DNA of 64,000 nucleotides from Phoronis australis (taxonomy: Eukaryota; Animalia; Phoronida). Of this stretch, positions 13,515 through 27,228 are shown piece by piece (within the stretch, counting starts at the first letter, position 1; the number at the start of each line of letters is the position of its first letter). The DNA is taken from positions 1 through 64,000 of the forward strand of contig NMRA01000415.1 of assembly GCA_002633005.1 (NCBI GenBank), read 5' to 3'. The notes under the pieces were generated by a model that had not been told where the DNA came from, did no database searches, and saw only the letters and a list, made by a program, of their open reading frames with translations. Position numbers and translations under genes: made by a program.

Positions 13515-14650
13515 TTTTTATGCGCCAACATATTCATTTGTGCACGCATTATGCCGTCATTTCCGTCCGACGTCCGTCCGGCATCAGGAGTCCGGCGTCT
13601 GTTGCTTTATCTCCAAAACCTTTTGAGGTATGTTCAATGAAATTGTGCACGTGTTCCTATCATGGATGGAACGGCATGAGCGAAACTTTCGGACGGTTCC
13701 GACTACCGGTGCGGAGGAGCTTTACTAAGTTTAACAAGTGTATGACTATGATGTTGACAATGGACGAATACCGGTGACCACCCTACTGGCAATTTTAGGT
13801 TTTTAGACTTACGTCTGTATCTTCGTATTTTCGTAAAATTCGTCGTAGTTTGCGGCACCTACTGTACTACCAAATTTACTGTTTTTGCGTCTGTTTTTGG
13901 CGTCTATTCCTCTACCAACCACACCGCTTCCAGGATGATTGTGAAAATTGGCATGTATGTTTCTACTATGAAGACGACGGCTTACGATGACTTTCCGACG
14001 ACTTTGGTTTCTGTGGGTCCTGCTGCTGGCAGTTTCGTTTTTGGGGCCTATGCCTGTGTATACTAACTCGTTTGCATGATATTTATTAAAATTTTCAAGT
14101 GTATTTAGTTGATACTGACTGCGGACGACGACTCTTTTAGGAAATATCTGACAACCACTTTGCCCCTTGTGGCAATTTTATGTTTTTATGTTAACTATGT
14201 TTCTTCAAAAGTCCTCAACGGATTTTCAAAAAATTTTGAATATGAGCATAATATTGGGGAGGTGACACTATCCTCACGTTGTCTGAAAGAATTGCTATAT
14301 TTTTCGGCATGTAGTGGACAAATTTGTTGTTTTCGAGTTAGTTTTCCCACCCATGTCTCTGTCAACCAAACCTCTCATAAGATGGTTTTGAAAATTTACG
14401 TACATCTTCTCAGTTTAAAGAGGACGGCTGACAATGAGGACTTGCATACCGTGGCACCTCCTAGTGGTAGCTTTGCTTTGTTTAGCGCCCAATGCAGGAT
14501 CTTTATTTAATTTAGTATGTGATGCTAACGACAGACAACGGCGACTTTCAGGCGGTTCTGATAAACACTGTGTCCCCTAGGCGCTATTTCATTTTATCAT
14601 GTTTTCCTTTGCCTGGTTGTAGTTTCTCGTTAGATTTTCTTTGAAATTTG
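13515..14650 (+). mobile_element. Helentron/DINE-1-like non-autonomous element (related copies at about 22410-23430, 28804-30450 and 31060-32500; fragments at 35256-35440 and 44570-44930)
   Basis: Starts in a T-run (ttttatgcgcc...gcattatg), followed by a (gtcc)n tract and degenerate internal repeats with ccccctagtggc / gaaattggca motifs. Boundaries are approximate. Confidence 0.5.
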
Positions 14651-15889
14651 GTGAAAAATCTTTCTATTGTTTTCCATTTTTGCATCATCAAGTGGCCATT
14701 TATAAACTACAAATACAATCTTAAAGTACACCATTTGCGGGGCATTCGTGGCCGCATTTAAACTCTCCCACTCGCTCTTGTTTTTGTTTGTCCGTACTCC
14801 ACATTGTACAGGTTGCATTTGTAGACTGATTCGTATGGAGTCTTCACAAAACCATTAGTAGTAGTAGACGCCTGCTGTTTTTCGTAATTTTTGAATTCAA
14901 ATGGCAGACATGTCCTCCATTTTGTCTTAGAATTCAGGTTCAACTGCTCATAGAGACGGTAATTTATGACGTAGGCAATTAAAAAACGGCACATTTATTG
15001 TTACTAACGTGTACTTCAAATACACTGGAAATCATTTACTTCCTGTTAAAGATAAAGGATATATCGACCATTGCATGCGACCCTCAATTTTGGAAAGGAA
15101 AGTTTTGTCCTGTAGAGAGTGCATTTTAGGACCAATTGCTTCCAAATATTTCATGTTGAAGTTTCATGTTGGATTTCGCACATTTTCATCCATTTTAACC
15201 CTCCTGCCGATTTGAATGAAAAGAGTAAATGACGTGGAATTTTGTGTGTAGATTCACTGAGGTATATTGTATCAAATGATTGGCAACAATTTCCTCTCAG
15301 ACTTACTGGTTTTGAGCCATTTGTCTTTGGAAATATTGAAAATTTTAAGGACTTTTGTTGAACTAATGCATCAGATAGAGTTTTGAAGGTTGTTTCTATT
15401 TGTCACAAACTTTAAATTATTTGAGATTTTCATTTGTCTAATGATTTTGCTGCACTTTTGGTGGTCTACCTTGCAATGAACAAGACTATAGCCTATTTCT
15501 TACTCCTTTAAGACAGCTTCTTTCGGCCCATGAATGTTATCATCGTGTTCATTATCGCCATTTTTATCATCAACTTCATCATCGTCATCATCATCTCCAC
15601 TGGGATATTTTCAGCTAATTTCACCAATACTCGCTACTCCGAGCGCTTTCATTGTATTCTTTATTTGATTTAATTCCCTGCAGTGTTAAGAACAATAATA
15701 CACTAGATTACAAAAATAGCGCATTTGCACCGTCTTTTTTGATAAGACCATTCATCATATCTCACACGTGTCACCGTTCTAAAATTCTACCGTCTTATCT
15801 TCTTGCTGTGTCCTATCAAATACTCTTTTCTATTTTACTCCTGCTTTTGTATCTGTCCATCATAAATACAAGTGTATCTTTGTTTACAG

Positions 15890-15967
15890 GAAAATGAAAC
15901 TGATTTCGACGTTTGCGAAGGACACAGTGGCATCGGCTATGTTAAGAAAATGAGGAATATATTAGAG
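15890..15967 (+). CDS. repeat exon type X (ENETDFDVCEGHSGIGYVKKMRNILE)
   Basis: tttacag|...GAG|gtaccc; 78 nt, open, phase 0-0. Confidence 0.55.
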
Positions 15968-16342
15968 GTACCCAATAAATAACTGTGCAATGGTAAAGAT
16001 AGACTAATATCATCTGGTCGCATTTTTATGAACTGGCGCCACCTGTTCGACAACTGATCTGCTTAAGCGTCAGTTGAAGTTGTGTTCAATCCAATAAGCA
16101 AATTCTTATTAAAACCACAGTTCACGTATTTGTAAAATTGCTTCCAACTTGTTCTGCACTTGGATGTGGAATCAATTCTGACTTGGCACAGAGCTGATCC
16201 TTTGTTGATCGACAATACCACGATATGACTACATAAAATATCACGTCATGAAAAGGTAGCTTGTAGAGCCTGGCCTTAAACCAATTACCGTCAGAGTTCT
16301 TTTGAAGCCAGTCACATTCAAATTGTCTAAGTAACAATTTAC

Positions 16343-16561
16343 GCAAACCTTCGATTCATGTATAAATATTTCCAATTACTCATTTGCAAACCTTCGATTC
16401 ATGTATAACTATTTCCAATTACTCATTTGCAAACCTTCGATTCATGTAGAACTATTTCCAATTACTCATTTGCAAACCTTCGATTCATGTATGACTATTT
16501 CCAATTACTCATTCGCAAACTTTCGATTCATGTATAACTATTTCCAATTACTCATTCGCAA
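16343..16561. repeat. 43-bp minisatellite, about 5 copies, at a segmental duplication junction
   Basis: Same unit as 564-862. Confidence 0.95.
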
Positions 16562-18215
16562 TCCTGAAACATGTTCAACTTGCATACACATAATCACAGT
16601 GCATTGATTCGTTAACTGTAGAGCAGTTCACCTGGCGGTGTTGTTATCGCCTAGCGAATGCTTACACTTCTGTAGCTTCGAATAGATTTCTACCAGCCGA
16701 CATGGATAGGAGTAAATTGGAAACATTTCCTTAGCGAGATTGACGGCTCTGTAACAAATTGGTAAACGATGACGTGTGTTAAAATTTATTGTTAAATGAA
16801 AAGTACTGAAAATATATCAATCGTTAAATAATACTTTAACGTGGATGATCGATTTTTAGTACATATGGAATATTTGTGCATTTTTCTTTGAACAAACAGA
16901 TTACATTACATTTTTTATGATGTCGATTTTCTTCTTGCACTTTTCTGACCCAGGCAAATACATTTGTTTAGAAGCTGGTGGATATAATGATGCCTTTAAC
17001 TTTATTTGCTAAACTGCTAGCTCTACCAGTACTTGCAGATCTCAGCAGACATCTTGTCCCAATGCAAGTGACAGATCTGATTGAAAAATACCAGAATACG
17101 GCAAACAGTGGGCTCTGTGTGAGAACGCAGACTGTTCGTTTTTCTATTAATCGAGTCTTCTGGGTCCCGAACAAACTGCAGTGGGTCTTCAAGACCTCCT
17201 GAGCTTTTAGTCAAACACCTTGATAAAGGGACAATTCTCCCATATTCACCGCTGAGTTGGAAACTGACCCATAAAAACATACTTAAATGTAGTTCCATCT
17301 GTTTTAACAGTTGGGGAGACCCTCCTTAGCCAGTTTCAAATAATCTGTTGATGGATTTAGAAAACAATTCCTATGATCTGCAGGTGAAAACTATTCCACA
17401 GGTGTTCCACTATAAACTCTAGCTAGGACCCACTAACCTCATGTTGCAGTTTGGCAAACAGGTGTTTTGTCAACTTGCAACATTGTGAATTGATGTGTGA
17501 AAGAAATTAATCGCACATAGGCGAGTTATTGCCACATTTGGGTATTGCTTGTTAGTCTATTTCCCCGATTGGGGTCCAGAGGATCGTACAATGTTGCTAG
17601 AGTGTAAAGGCAATTCCACCATTTCCACCCAAGATTATAGTCACTGCTTTGTATTATATAACAATTTTGATCACTCGTACATTATACGAAGCGGACTTGG
17701 ACACTGACAAGTGGTGCTTCGATTTGTGTCGCAGTCAAAACTCAGACGGCACGTTGATATTCTCAACGTTCCCTCTCAAACGTGTTAGATCCAAAAGTGG
17801 CCACAGACTTACTAAGTCCTACTTGGCAGTCTTTGGCCTCCAGTTTATATTTCAATTCGAACACAAATATTTTGAGAATTCGAGTAAAGTGTGAAGTTTA
17901 CAAGAAAGGTAATAGGATGTTAAGAAATATCCCACGAAATATCCACTTACACCTCTGGTTCGCTTGGTACATTTAAATCAATGGAAACAGCGGATTTTGA
18001 AGTAGATCATCACGATTTTTGTAGTTGTTTAACTTTTTTTAAAAATAAAATTCCAAGAAAACTTACCTCTTGCACTGTGGCCCACGCTTTCTAATCTCTA
18101 AATTCAGATACACTCCGATTGGCACTCAAACTTTCTCGTTGTTTATCAGGCTAAAACCGAAGTTCAAGTTGGCGGGCATTACAGGTATTATATCGTTTTC
18201 GTAAAATCCCTTACT

Positions 18216-18692
18216 TTCGAACGCGTAACTTATGGGATGATCAACTCGAGTTGAAGGCAATGTGTATACTTGCGTTACTTTTGAATGCGCAACTTACGGG
18301 ATTGTCAACTCGAGTTGAAGGCAATAAGTATACTTGCACTGAATTCGAATGCACAACTTATGGGCTGGTCAACTCGAGTTGAAGGCAATGTGTACAGTTG
18401 CGCTACTTTTGAATGCGCAACTTATGGGGTGGTCAACTCGAGTTAAAGGCAGTGAGTACACTTGCACTAATTTCGAATGCACAACTTATGGGCTGGTCAA
18501 CTCGAGTTGAAGGCAATGTGTACAGTTGCGCTACTTTTGAATGCGCAACTTATGGGGTGGTCAACTCGAGTTAAAGGCAGTGAGTACACTTGCACTAATT
18601 TCGAATGCACAACTTATGGGATGGTCAACTCGAGTTGAAGCAATGTGTACACTAGCGCTAATTTCGAATGCTCAAATTATGGGATGGCCAAC
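18216..18692. repeat. about 64-bp tandem repeat (7-8 copies), paralogue of 2520-2945
   Basis: Same unit with one more copy. Confidence 0.92.
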
Positions 18693-18756
18693 GCCAAAAC
18701 CTGAGTCGTTTTAATGATTTGATGATGATTATGATGTTCTTGTTGGCGACAACTTA

Positions 18757-19212
18757 TTAAGCGCGTTTTCGCATCACGCTGCTTTACACACCTCAACTAC
18801 AGGGTCCATATACTATTCTAGTCTTAAAGTAGCATGTGTATTCGATTAAAGTAAAACAACGGAAATATTAGCTGCCTAACTAAGATGATGTCTTATACAA
18901 GTTGTTTTGAAATTAAGCAGTTCGTGGTCGTGTTATCAAAAATACGTGGCGCCTACAATGAATATTTTGGAGGTTTGAACATAAGTCGTATAAATAATGG
19001 CGTAGTCATCTGCGCATAAGATTTGTGAAAATCATGATCTGTGCAAAAAGGCGCAATTTTGTAGAAATAACTCAGCCACTGTTTTGAGGCGTGAATCCAA
19101 TTTTTCATTTTTGAGGAATCCAAAAACATTGCATTTTAGGTTTGACATTACAGTTAAAAAGTGATTTGACGGAAGGGAAGTAGACTTCACCAGTGTTGAC
19201 ATTTGCCCTTAA
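18757..19212. mobile_element. TTAA-flanked repeat, chimeric A/B copy
   Basis: Left flank and body match copy A up to 19138; the last about 75 bp and the right flank match copy B. Confidence 0.7.
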
Positions 19213-19478
19213 GTTGACTAGGACGATTTTTTGACTCTAGGTACCTACATGTACATGTACGTGGTGAGAGTGATTGTACAAAGTCGCTATTCTCCATACT
19301 ATACGAAAAAGCCCATTCCAGTTAAATCAAAACGTAAAACTTGTTTATCAGATCTCACATGTCATAATTGCTTGGGTTCAACAATTCTACCGCCATATTT
19401 TCCTCTTGCTGTGTCCCATCATTTTACTCCTGTTTTAGCAGTAGCCCATCACAAATATAAGTGTGTCTATGTTTACAG

Positions 19479-19562
19479 GACAATAAAACTGCTTTCGACG
19501 TCTGCGGGAAATACTGTAGTAATGACAACGATGATGTTGAGAGAACGAAGACTATCCTTAAG
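19479..19562 (+). CDS. repeat exon type X (DNKTAFDVCGKYCSNDNDDVERTKTILK)
   Basis: Recent duplicate of 9597-9680 with intact splice sites. Confidence 0.55.
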
Positions 19563-19592
19563 GTACCAAATAAACGACAGTGGGTCAAAAAC

Positions 19593-19910
19593 GTGTTAAT
19601 ACTGTGCAATGGTAACGATATACTATTATCATCTGGTCATACATTCATGAGGTGGTGCCACCTGTTTGTCACGTGTTAATACTGTGCAATGGTAACGATA
19701 GACTATTTTCATCTGGTCATACATTCATGAGGTGGAGCCACCTGTTTGTCACGTGTTAATACTGTGCAATGGTAACGATAGACTATTATCATCTGGTCAT
19801 ACATTCATGAGGTGGAGCCACCTGTTTGTCACGTGTTAATACTGTGCAATGGTAACGATAGACTATTATCATCTGGTCATACATTCATGAGGTGGTGCCA
19901 CCTGTTTGTC
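19593..19910. repeat. 80-bp minisatellite x4 (paralogue of 9711-10110)
   Basis: Same unit, one fewer copy. Confidence 0.95.
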
Positions 19911-20262
19911 AACAGGTACAATAAGCCTCAATCAACTCGTGTTCAGTCCAATAATCAATTTTTGACTAGGACCACAGTCGACGTATTTGATTTCTGACTT
20001 TGCCTAGAGCTGATGTTTTGTTAATCAACGAGACCACTTTCGGCCTTCATAAAATATCGCGCCTTTTGACATGCCAGCTTGTAGAGCCTGGTCCCAAACC
20101 AACGACTGTCAGCATTATTCTGAAGCCCTGAACTGATCGTCATCTAGACTAAGAAACAGTTTGAGCCCCAATATTAGTCGCTACTGAAATTTTATTTATT
20201 TACGTTAGCACGTTATACTAAAACGACAGTCTGATTAAAAGATATTCGAAACTCACTTCCAG

Positions 20263-20474
20263 AAACACATGAAACTGCAACTGGAACGACAAAGGCAAGG
20301 CTGTGCTTTTGAAGTTCGACATCCTGCCACGGAAGGAGCGACCTCGGGTTCACCTGACCAAACTTTAGTAGCAAATGCTGGTCCGACTGATGAACAGGTT
20401 GGTACAGTATTCGACAGTTTTACGAAATCAAAAGGGAAAACCACCCCGTAGGCCGAGGAGGACGGCATCCTGGA
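20263..20474 (+). pseudogene. repeat exon type Y, damaged 3' end (duplicate of 10459); possible short form to 20397
   Basis: Near-identical to 10459-10670, with the same stop and the same broken donor. Confidence 0.5.
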
Positions 20475-20599
20475 ATAAGTGATGTTCCGTCTGCAGCCAT
20501 ATCAACAATAATGCAGTAGATTACAAAAATAACGTATCTGCATAGTCTCATCTGTTACATGTAATAACAAATGGCATTTCGCATTTCATGTTCAAAAAT

Positions 20600-21740
20600 G
20601 TCCGCTCCTCCCAACTGACACAATTTCTCATGCCGTGCTAAAGAAAATAATCTTAAACAGTAAAAGCGTCACACCCTCCTCAACAGGTGATGTTTCGTTC
20701 AATCAAACTATGTTGGTAGATGTAGCAGATGCTTCAATACCTGTTATCACAATGTCAGCCAATATTTGATGATTAAGGAGAATCTTAATGTTACGTCATG
20801 TTTCTTCCAAATCTCCTATGAAAACCAACAATATTTGAGGTATAAAACTGTTAAGCTGTTATTTTCTATTTCACACTCCAGTTTGTTTTGGGTAATTCTA
20901 GTCAAAGCAATTCTTTCATTTGCTCTCATGGAATATTGTCGACTTTGGGATGTTTTTCTTACGAAACATCAGTCTATTTTTCTGTGTTACACCTAACCCG
21001 TGGTTATTGAGGAGATTCCCCTGACAATACTCACCTAAAACATTCAATTTTTTCTGCAGTCCCTAACCACTATTGGAAAGTGACCTAATCATCAGCAAAC
21101 AGCAAATGCAATAAATCAGCTGATCCCATGCAAATTTCCTCACCGCCTCCACATTTTAATTCTTGCACTAAATCACTTATAAATAATGCAAAATAAACGG
21201 AAACGGTGATAGCTGAGAGCCTTGTCTTAGACCATTCTGACAGTGAAAGAACAGCGTATAGCTCCCATTATCCAATCTCACGCACGCTTTTACTTCCGCG
21301 TAAATTGTTTTGATTATCCTATACATCTCACCTACTATGTGATTGTTCTTTAATTTCAAACATAATACAAGTCTATAGATACTATCAAAAGCTACTTTAA
21401 AAGTCACAAGCACAACAGAATCTATCATTCTCTCGTGACAAGTATTTAATTATCAATGTATATCACTCAAATATGTGATCCACTGTACTGTAAATGTAAT
21501 CTTTCCTAGACCCAGATTGAGGCATAGCAATAACGTTTTCTCTTTCACACTACTTATGAAGTCGTTGGCATAATTTTTCTCGAAACTTTTGGCTGTGATT
21601 TGCACGATCGAAATTGTTCTGAAATTTTCAGGGAGATTGGCCCCGACCTAAAATATTAGTACTTTACTAAATTTTATCTATTCGTTTGGAAACAGTCCAT
21701 TAAAAAAAAAAACAGTTATATGGATGAAACAGCAAGTACC
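20600..21740 (-). mobile_element. duplicate, truncated copy of the decayed LINE RT fragment
   Basis: Matches about 10800-11930; the sequence then jumps to the equivalent of about 12920. Confidence 0.85.
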
Positions 21741-21943
21741 ATGCGGAGCGATTGCAGACTCCGGAAAGAATTGATCTTTTGTTATTCAACGAGACCACGA
21801 TCCTTGCATAAAATAAATAACACCTCGTGACAAGTAAGCTTGTGGAGTGTGGTCTTAATGCAACGGCTGTCAGTTCTTCTGAAGCCCGGAAGTGATCATC
21901 AAATCGACTAAGTTACACTTTACGCCCAGACCTGACTCGCTNG

Positions 21944-22039
21944 AAACACTTGGAACTGGAACGACAAAGGCAGGACTCTGCTGTTGAAGTTCCACCACGT
22001 GCCTTGGAAGGGGCAACCGCTGGATCTTCCAACCAAACT
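21944..22039 (+). pseudogene. 5' fragment of a type Y exon immediately after an N
   Basis: KHLELERQRQDSAVEVPPRALEGATAGSSNQT, truncated and followed by a fresh acceptor region. Confidence 0.45.
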
Positions 22040-22083
22040 ATAAAAGAGAGTCCGATTAAGAGATATTCGAAACTTACTTCCAG

Positions 22084-22290
22084 AAACACTTGGAACTGGA
22101 ACGACAAAGGCAGGACTGTGCTGCTGAAGTTTTACCACGTGCCTTGGAAGGAGCAACCGCTGGTTCATCCGACCAAACTTTGCAAGCGAGTGCTGGTCCG
22201 ACTGAAGAACATGTTGGCACAGTACTTGAAAGTTTTAGCAAATCAAAAGGCAATACCAACACAGAGGGTGAAGTGCACGACAAAGTAGAA
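22084..22290 (+). CDS. repeat exon type Y (KHLELERQRQDC...EVHDKVE), 69 aa
   Basis: cttccag|...GAA|gtaagt; 207 nt, open. Confidence 0.7.
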
Positions 22291-24678
22291 GTAAGTGAAA
22301 TTCCCTAAAAGATGGAGAGTTTGTTTTTACTTGGCCAAATAACTTTCGCTAAGTATGTTGCTTTGCCATCAATGTTGATTTCATGGTGCTTCGACACTAT
22401 TTTTTGTTCTTTTTATGCGCCAACATATTCATTTGTGCACACATTATGCCGTCATTTCCGGCATGAGCGAAACTTTCGGACGGTTCCGATTACCGGTGCG
22501 GAGGAGCTTTACTAAGTTTAACAAGTGTATGACTATGATGTTGACAATGGACGAATACCGGTGACCACCCTACTGGCAATTTTAGGTTTTTACACTTACG
22601 TCTGTATCTTCGTATTTTCGTAAAATTCGTCGTAGTTTGCGGCACCTACTGTACTACCAAATTTACTGTTTTTGCGTGTGTTTTTGGCGTCCATTCCTCT
22701 ACCAACCACACCGCTTCCAGGATGATTGTGAAAATTGCCATGTATGTTTCTACTATGAAGACGACGGCTTACGATGACTTTCCGACGACTTTGGTTTCTG
22801 TGGGTCCTGCCGCTGGCAGTTTAGTTTTTTGCGCCTATGCCTGTGTATACTAACTCGTTTGCATGATATTTATTAAAATGTTCTAGTGTATTTAGTTGAT
22901 ACTGACTACGGACGACGACTCTTTTAGGAAAGATCTGACAACCACTTTGCCCCTTGTGGCAAATTTAATTTTTTTACGTTTACTATGTAGCTTCAAAAGT
23001 CCTCAGCGTATTTTCACAAAATTTTGAATATGAGCATAATATTGGTGAGGTGACACTATCCTCACGTTGTCGGAAAGAATTGCTATATTTTTCGGCATGT
23101 AGTGGACAAATTTGTTGTTTTCGAGTTAGTTTTTCCACCCATGTCTCTGTCAACCAAACCTCTCTAAAGATGGTTTTGAAAATTAACGTCATCTTCTCAG
23201 TTTAAAGAGGACGGCTGACAATGAGGACTTGCATACCGTGGCACCTCCTAGTGGTAGCTTTGCTTTGTTTAGCGCCCAATGCAGGATCTTTATTTAATTT
23301 AGTAAGTGATGCTAACGACAGACAACGGCGACTTTCAGGCGGTTCTGAGAAACACTCTGTCCCCTAGGCGCTATTTCATTTTTTCATGTTTTCGTTTGCC
23401 TGGTTGTAGTTTCACGTTAGATTTTCTTTGAAATTTTGTGAAAAATCTTTCTACTGGTTTCCATTTTTGCATCATCAAGTGGCCATTTATAAACTACAAA
23501 AACAATCCTAAAAGTACACCATTTGCGGCGCATGTGTGGCCGCATTTAAACTCTCCCACTCGCTCTTGTTTTGGTTTGTCAGTACTCCACATTGTACAGG
23601 TTGCATTTGTAGACTGATTCGTATGGAGTCTTCACAAAACCATTAGTAGTAGCAGACGCCTGCTGTTTTTCGTAATTTTTGAATTCAAATGGCAGACATG
23701 GCCTCCATTTTGTCTTAGATTTCAGGTTCAACTGCTCATAGAGACGGTAATTTGTGACGTAGGCAATTAAAAAACGGCACATTTATTGTTACTAACGTGT
23801 ACTTCAAATACACTGGAAATCATTTACTTCCTGTTAAAGATAAAGGATATATCGACCATTGCATGCGACCCTCAATTTTGGAAAGGAAAGTTTTGTCCTG
23901 TAGAGAGTGCATTTTAGGACCAATTGCTTCCAAATATTTCATGTTGAAGTTTCATGTTGGATTTCGCGCATTTTCATCCATTTTTAACCCTCCTGCCGAT
24001 TTGAATGAAAAGAGTAAATGACGTGGAATTTTGTGTGTAGATTCACTGAGGTATATTGTATCAAATGATTGGCAACAATTTCCTCTCAGAGTTACTGGTT
24101 TTGAGCTATTTGTCTTTGGAAATATTGACATTTTTATGGACTTTTGTTGAACTAATGCATCAGATAGAGTTTTGAAGGTTGTTTCTATTTGTCACAAATT
24201 TTGAATTATTTGAGATTTTCATTTGTCTTATGATTTTGCTGCACTTTTGGTGGTCTACCTTGCAATGAACAAGACTATAGCCTATTTCTTACTCCTTTCA
24301 GACAGCTTCTTTCGGCCCATGAATGTTTTCATCGTGTTCATTATCGCCATTTTAATCATCAACTTCATCATCGTCATCATCATCTCCACTGGGATATTTT
24401 CAGCTAATTTCACCAATACTCGCTACTCCGAGAGCTTTCATTGTATTCTTTATTTGATTTAATTCCCTGCAGTGTTAAGAACAATAATACACTAGATTAC
24501 AAAAATAGCGCATTTGCACCGTCTTTTTTGTTAAGACCATTCATCATATCTCACACGTGTCACCGTTCTAAAATTCTACCGTCTTATCTTCTTGCTGTGT
24601 CCTATCAAACTCTCTTTTTTATTTTACTCCTGTTTTTGTATCTGTCCATCATAAATACAAGTGTATCTTTGTTTACAG

Positions 24679-24756
24679 GAAAATGAAACTGCTTTCGACG
24701 TTTGCGAAGGACACAGTGGCATCGGCTATGTTAAGAGAATAAGGAATATATTAGAG
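24679..24756 (+). CDS. repeat exon type X (ENETAFDVCEGHSGIGYVKRIRNILE)
   Basis: Intact AG/GT, 78 nt. Confidence 0.55.
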
Positions 24757-25130
24757 GTACCCAATAAATAACTGTGCAATGGTAAAGATAGACTAATATC
24801 ATATGGTCGCATTTTTATGAACTGGCGCCACCTGTTCGACAACTGATGTGCTTAAACGTCAGTTGAAGTTGTGTTCAATTCAATAAGCAAATTCTTATTA
24901 AGACCACAGTTCACGTATTTGTAAAATTGCTTCCAACTTGTTCTGCACTTGGATGTGGAATCAATTCTGACTTGGCACAGAGCTGATCCTTTGATGATCG
25001 ACAATACCACGATATGACTGCATAAAATATCACGTCATGAAAAGGTAGCTTGAAGAGCCTGGCCTTAAACCAATTACCGTCAGAGTTCTTTTGAAGCCAG
25101 TCACATTCAAATTGTCTAAGTAACAATTTN

Positions 25131-26915
25131 AATTTCGTAAGTGATGCTAACGACAGACAACGGCGACTTTCAGGCGGTTCTGAGAAACACTGTGTCCCCT
25201 AGGCGCTATTTCATTTTTTCATGTTTTCCTTTGCCTGGTTGTAGTTTCTCGTTAGATTTTCTTTGAAATTTGGTGAAAAATCTTTCTATTGATTTCCATT
25301 TTTACATCATCAAGTGGCCATTTATAAACTACAAAAACAATCCTAAAAGTACACCAGTTGCGGCGCATTCGTGGCTGCATTTAAACTCTCCCACTCGCTC
25401 TTGTTTTTGTTTGTCCGTACTCCACATTGTACAGGTTGCATTTGTAGACTGATTCATATGGAGTCTTCACAAAACCATTAGTAGTAGTAGACGCCTGCTG
25501 TTTTTCGTAATTTTTGAATTCAAATGGCAGACATGGCCTCCATTTTGTCTTAGAATTCAGGTTCGACTGCTCATAGAGACGGTAATTTTTGACGTAGGCA
25601 ATTAAAAAACGGCACATTTATTGTTACTAACGTGTACTTCAAATACACTGGAAATCATTTACTTCCTGTTAAAGATAAAGGATATATCGACCATTGCATG
25701 CGACCCTCAATTTTGGACAAGAAAGTTTTGTCCTGTAGAGGGTGCATTTTAGGACCAATTGCTTCCAAATATTTCATGTTGAAGTTTCATGTTGGATTTC
25801 GCGCATTTTCATCCATTTTAACCCTCCTGCCGATTTGAATGAAAAGAGTAAATGACGTGGAATTTTGTATGTAGATTCACTGAGGTACATTGTATCAAAT
25901 GATTGGCAACAATTTCCTCTCAGAGTTACTGGTTTTGAGCTATTTATCTTTGGAAATATTGAAAATTTTATGGACTTTTGTTGAACTAATGCATCAGATA
26001 GAGTTTTGAAGGTTGTTTCTATTTGTCACAAATTTTGAATTATTTGAGATTTTCATTTGTCTTATGATTTTGCTGCCCTTTTGTGTTCTACCTTGCAATG
26101 AACAAGACTATAGCCTATTTCTTACTCCTTTCAGACAGCTTCTTTCGGCCCATGAATGTTTTCATCGTGTTTATTATCGCCATTTTAATCATCAACTTCA
26201 TCATCGTCATCATCATCTCCACTGGGATATTTTCAGCTAATTTCACCAATACTCGCTACTCCGAGCGCTTTCATTGTATTCTTTATTTGATTTAATTCCC
26301 TGCAGTGTTAAGAACAATAATACACTAGATTACAAAAATAGCGCATTTGCACCGTCTTTTTTGATAAGACCATTCATCATATCTCACACGTGTCACCGTT
26401 CTAAAACTCTACCGTCTTATCTTCTTGCTGTGTCCTATCAAATACTCTTTTCTATTTTACTCCTGTTTTTGTATCTGTCCCTCATAAATACAAGTGTATC
26501 TTCGTTTACAGGAAAATGAAACTGCTTTCGACGTTTGCGAAGGACACAGTGGCATCGGCTATGTTAAGAGAATGAGGAATATATTAGAGGTACCCAATAA
26601 ATAGCTGTGCAATGGTAAAGATAGACTAATATCATCTGGTCGCATTTTTAGAAGTTGTGTTCAATCCAATAAGCAAATTCTTATTAAGACCACAGTTCAC
26701 GTATTTGTAAAATTGCTTCCAACTTGTTCTGCACTTGGATGTGGAATCAATTCTGACTTGGCACAGAGCTGATCCTTTGTTGATCGACAATACCACGATA
26801 TGACTGCATAAAATATCACGTCATGAAAAGGTAGCTTGTAGAGCCTGGCCTTAAACCATTTACCGTCAGAGTTCTTTGGAAGCCAGTCACATTCAAAGTG
26901 TCTAAGTAACAATTT
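25131..26915. repeat. third copy of about 14511-16340 / 23297-25129, starting right after an N
   Basis: Collinear near-identity. Confidence 0.9.
26512..26589 (+). CDS. repeat exon type X (ENETAFDVCEGHSGIGYVKRMRNILE)
   Basis: Intact AG/GT, 78 nt. Confidence 0.55.
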
Positions 26916-27015
26916 ACTCCCCAGTATGGCTGGCTGCTGTACTCCAGCGTATATTGGTTAGCACGTTGTACTCTACGGACAGTCAGATTGAAACATATCT
27001 GTAACACACTTCCAG

Positions 27016-27228
27016 GAAAACATGGAAGTGGAACAACAAAGACAAGGTTGTGGGGTTGAAGGTGTACCACCTGCCTCTGGAGGAGCGACCACGTTTTCAC
27101 ATGACCAAACTTTAGGTGGGAGTGCTGTTCCGACTGAGGAACAGTTTATAGCAGCAGGTCAACTTGAAGCTTTTAACAAATCAAAAGGCAAAACCATCAC
27201 TGAGGGTGAAACGGACGACGCAATAGAA
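27016..27228 (+). CDS. repeat exon type Y (ENMEVEQQRQGC...ETDDAIE), 71 aa
   Basis: cttccag|...GAA|gtaagt; 213 nt, open. Confidence 0.7.

Larger units (their letters stand above)
16345..25129. repeat. tandem segmental duplicate of about 600-16344, missing about 3393-9245 and about 11930-12919
   Basis: Collinear high identity of unique sequence, minisatellites, LINE and exons. Confidence 0.92.
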
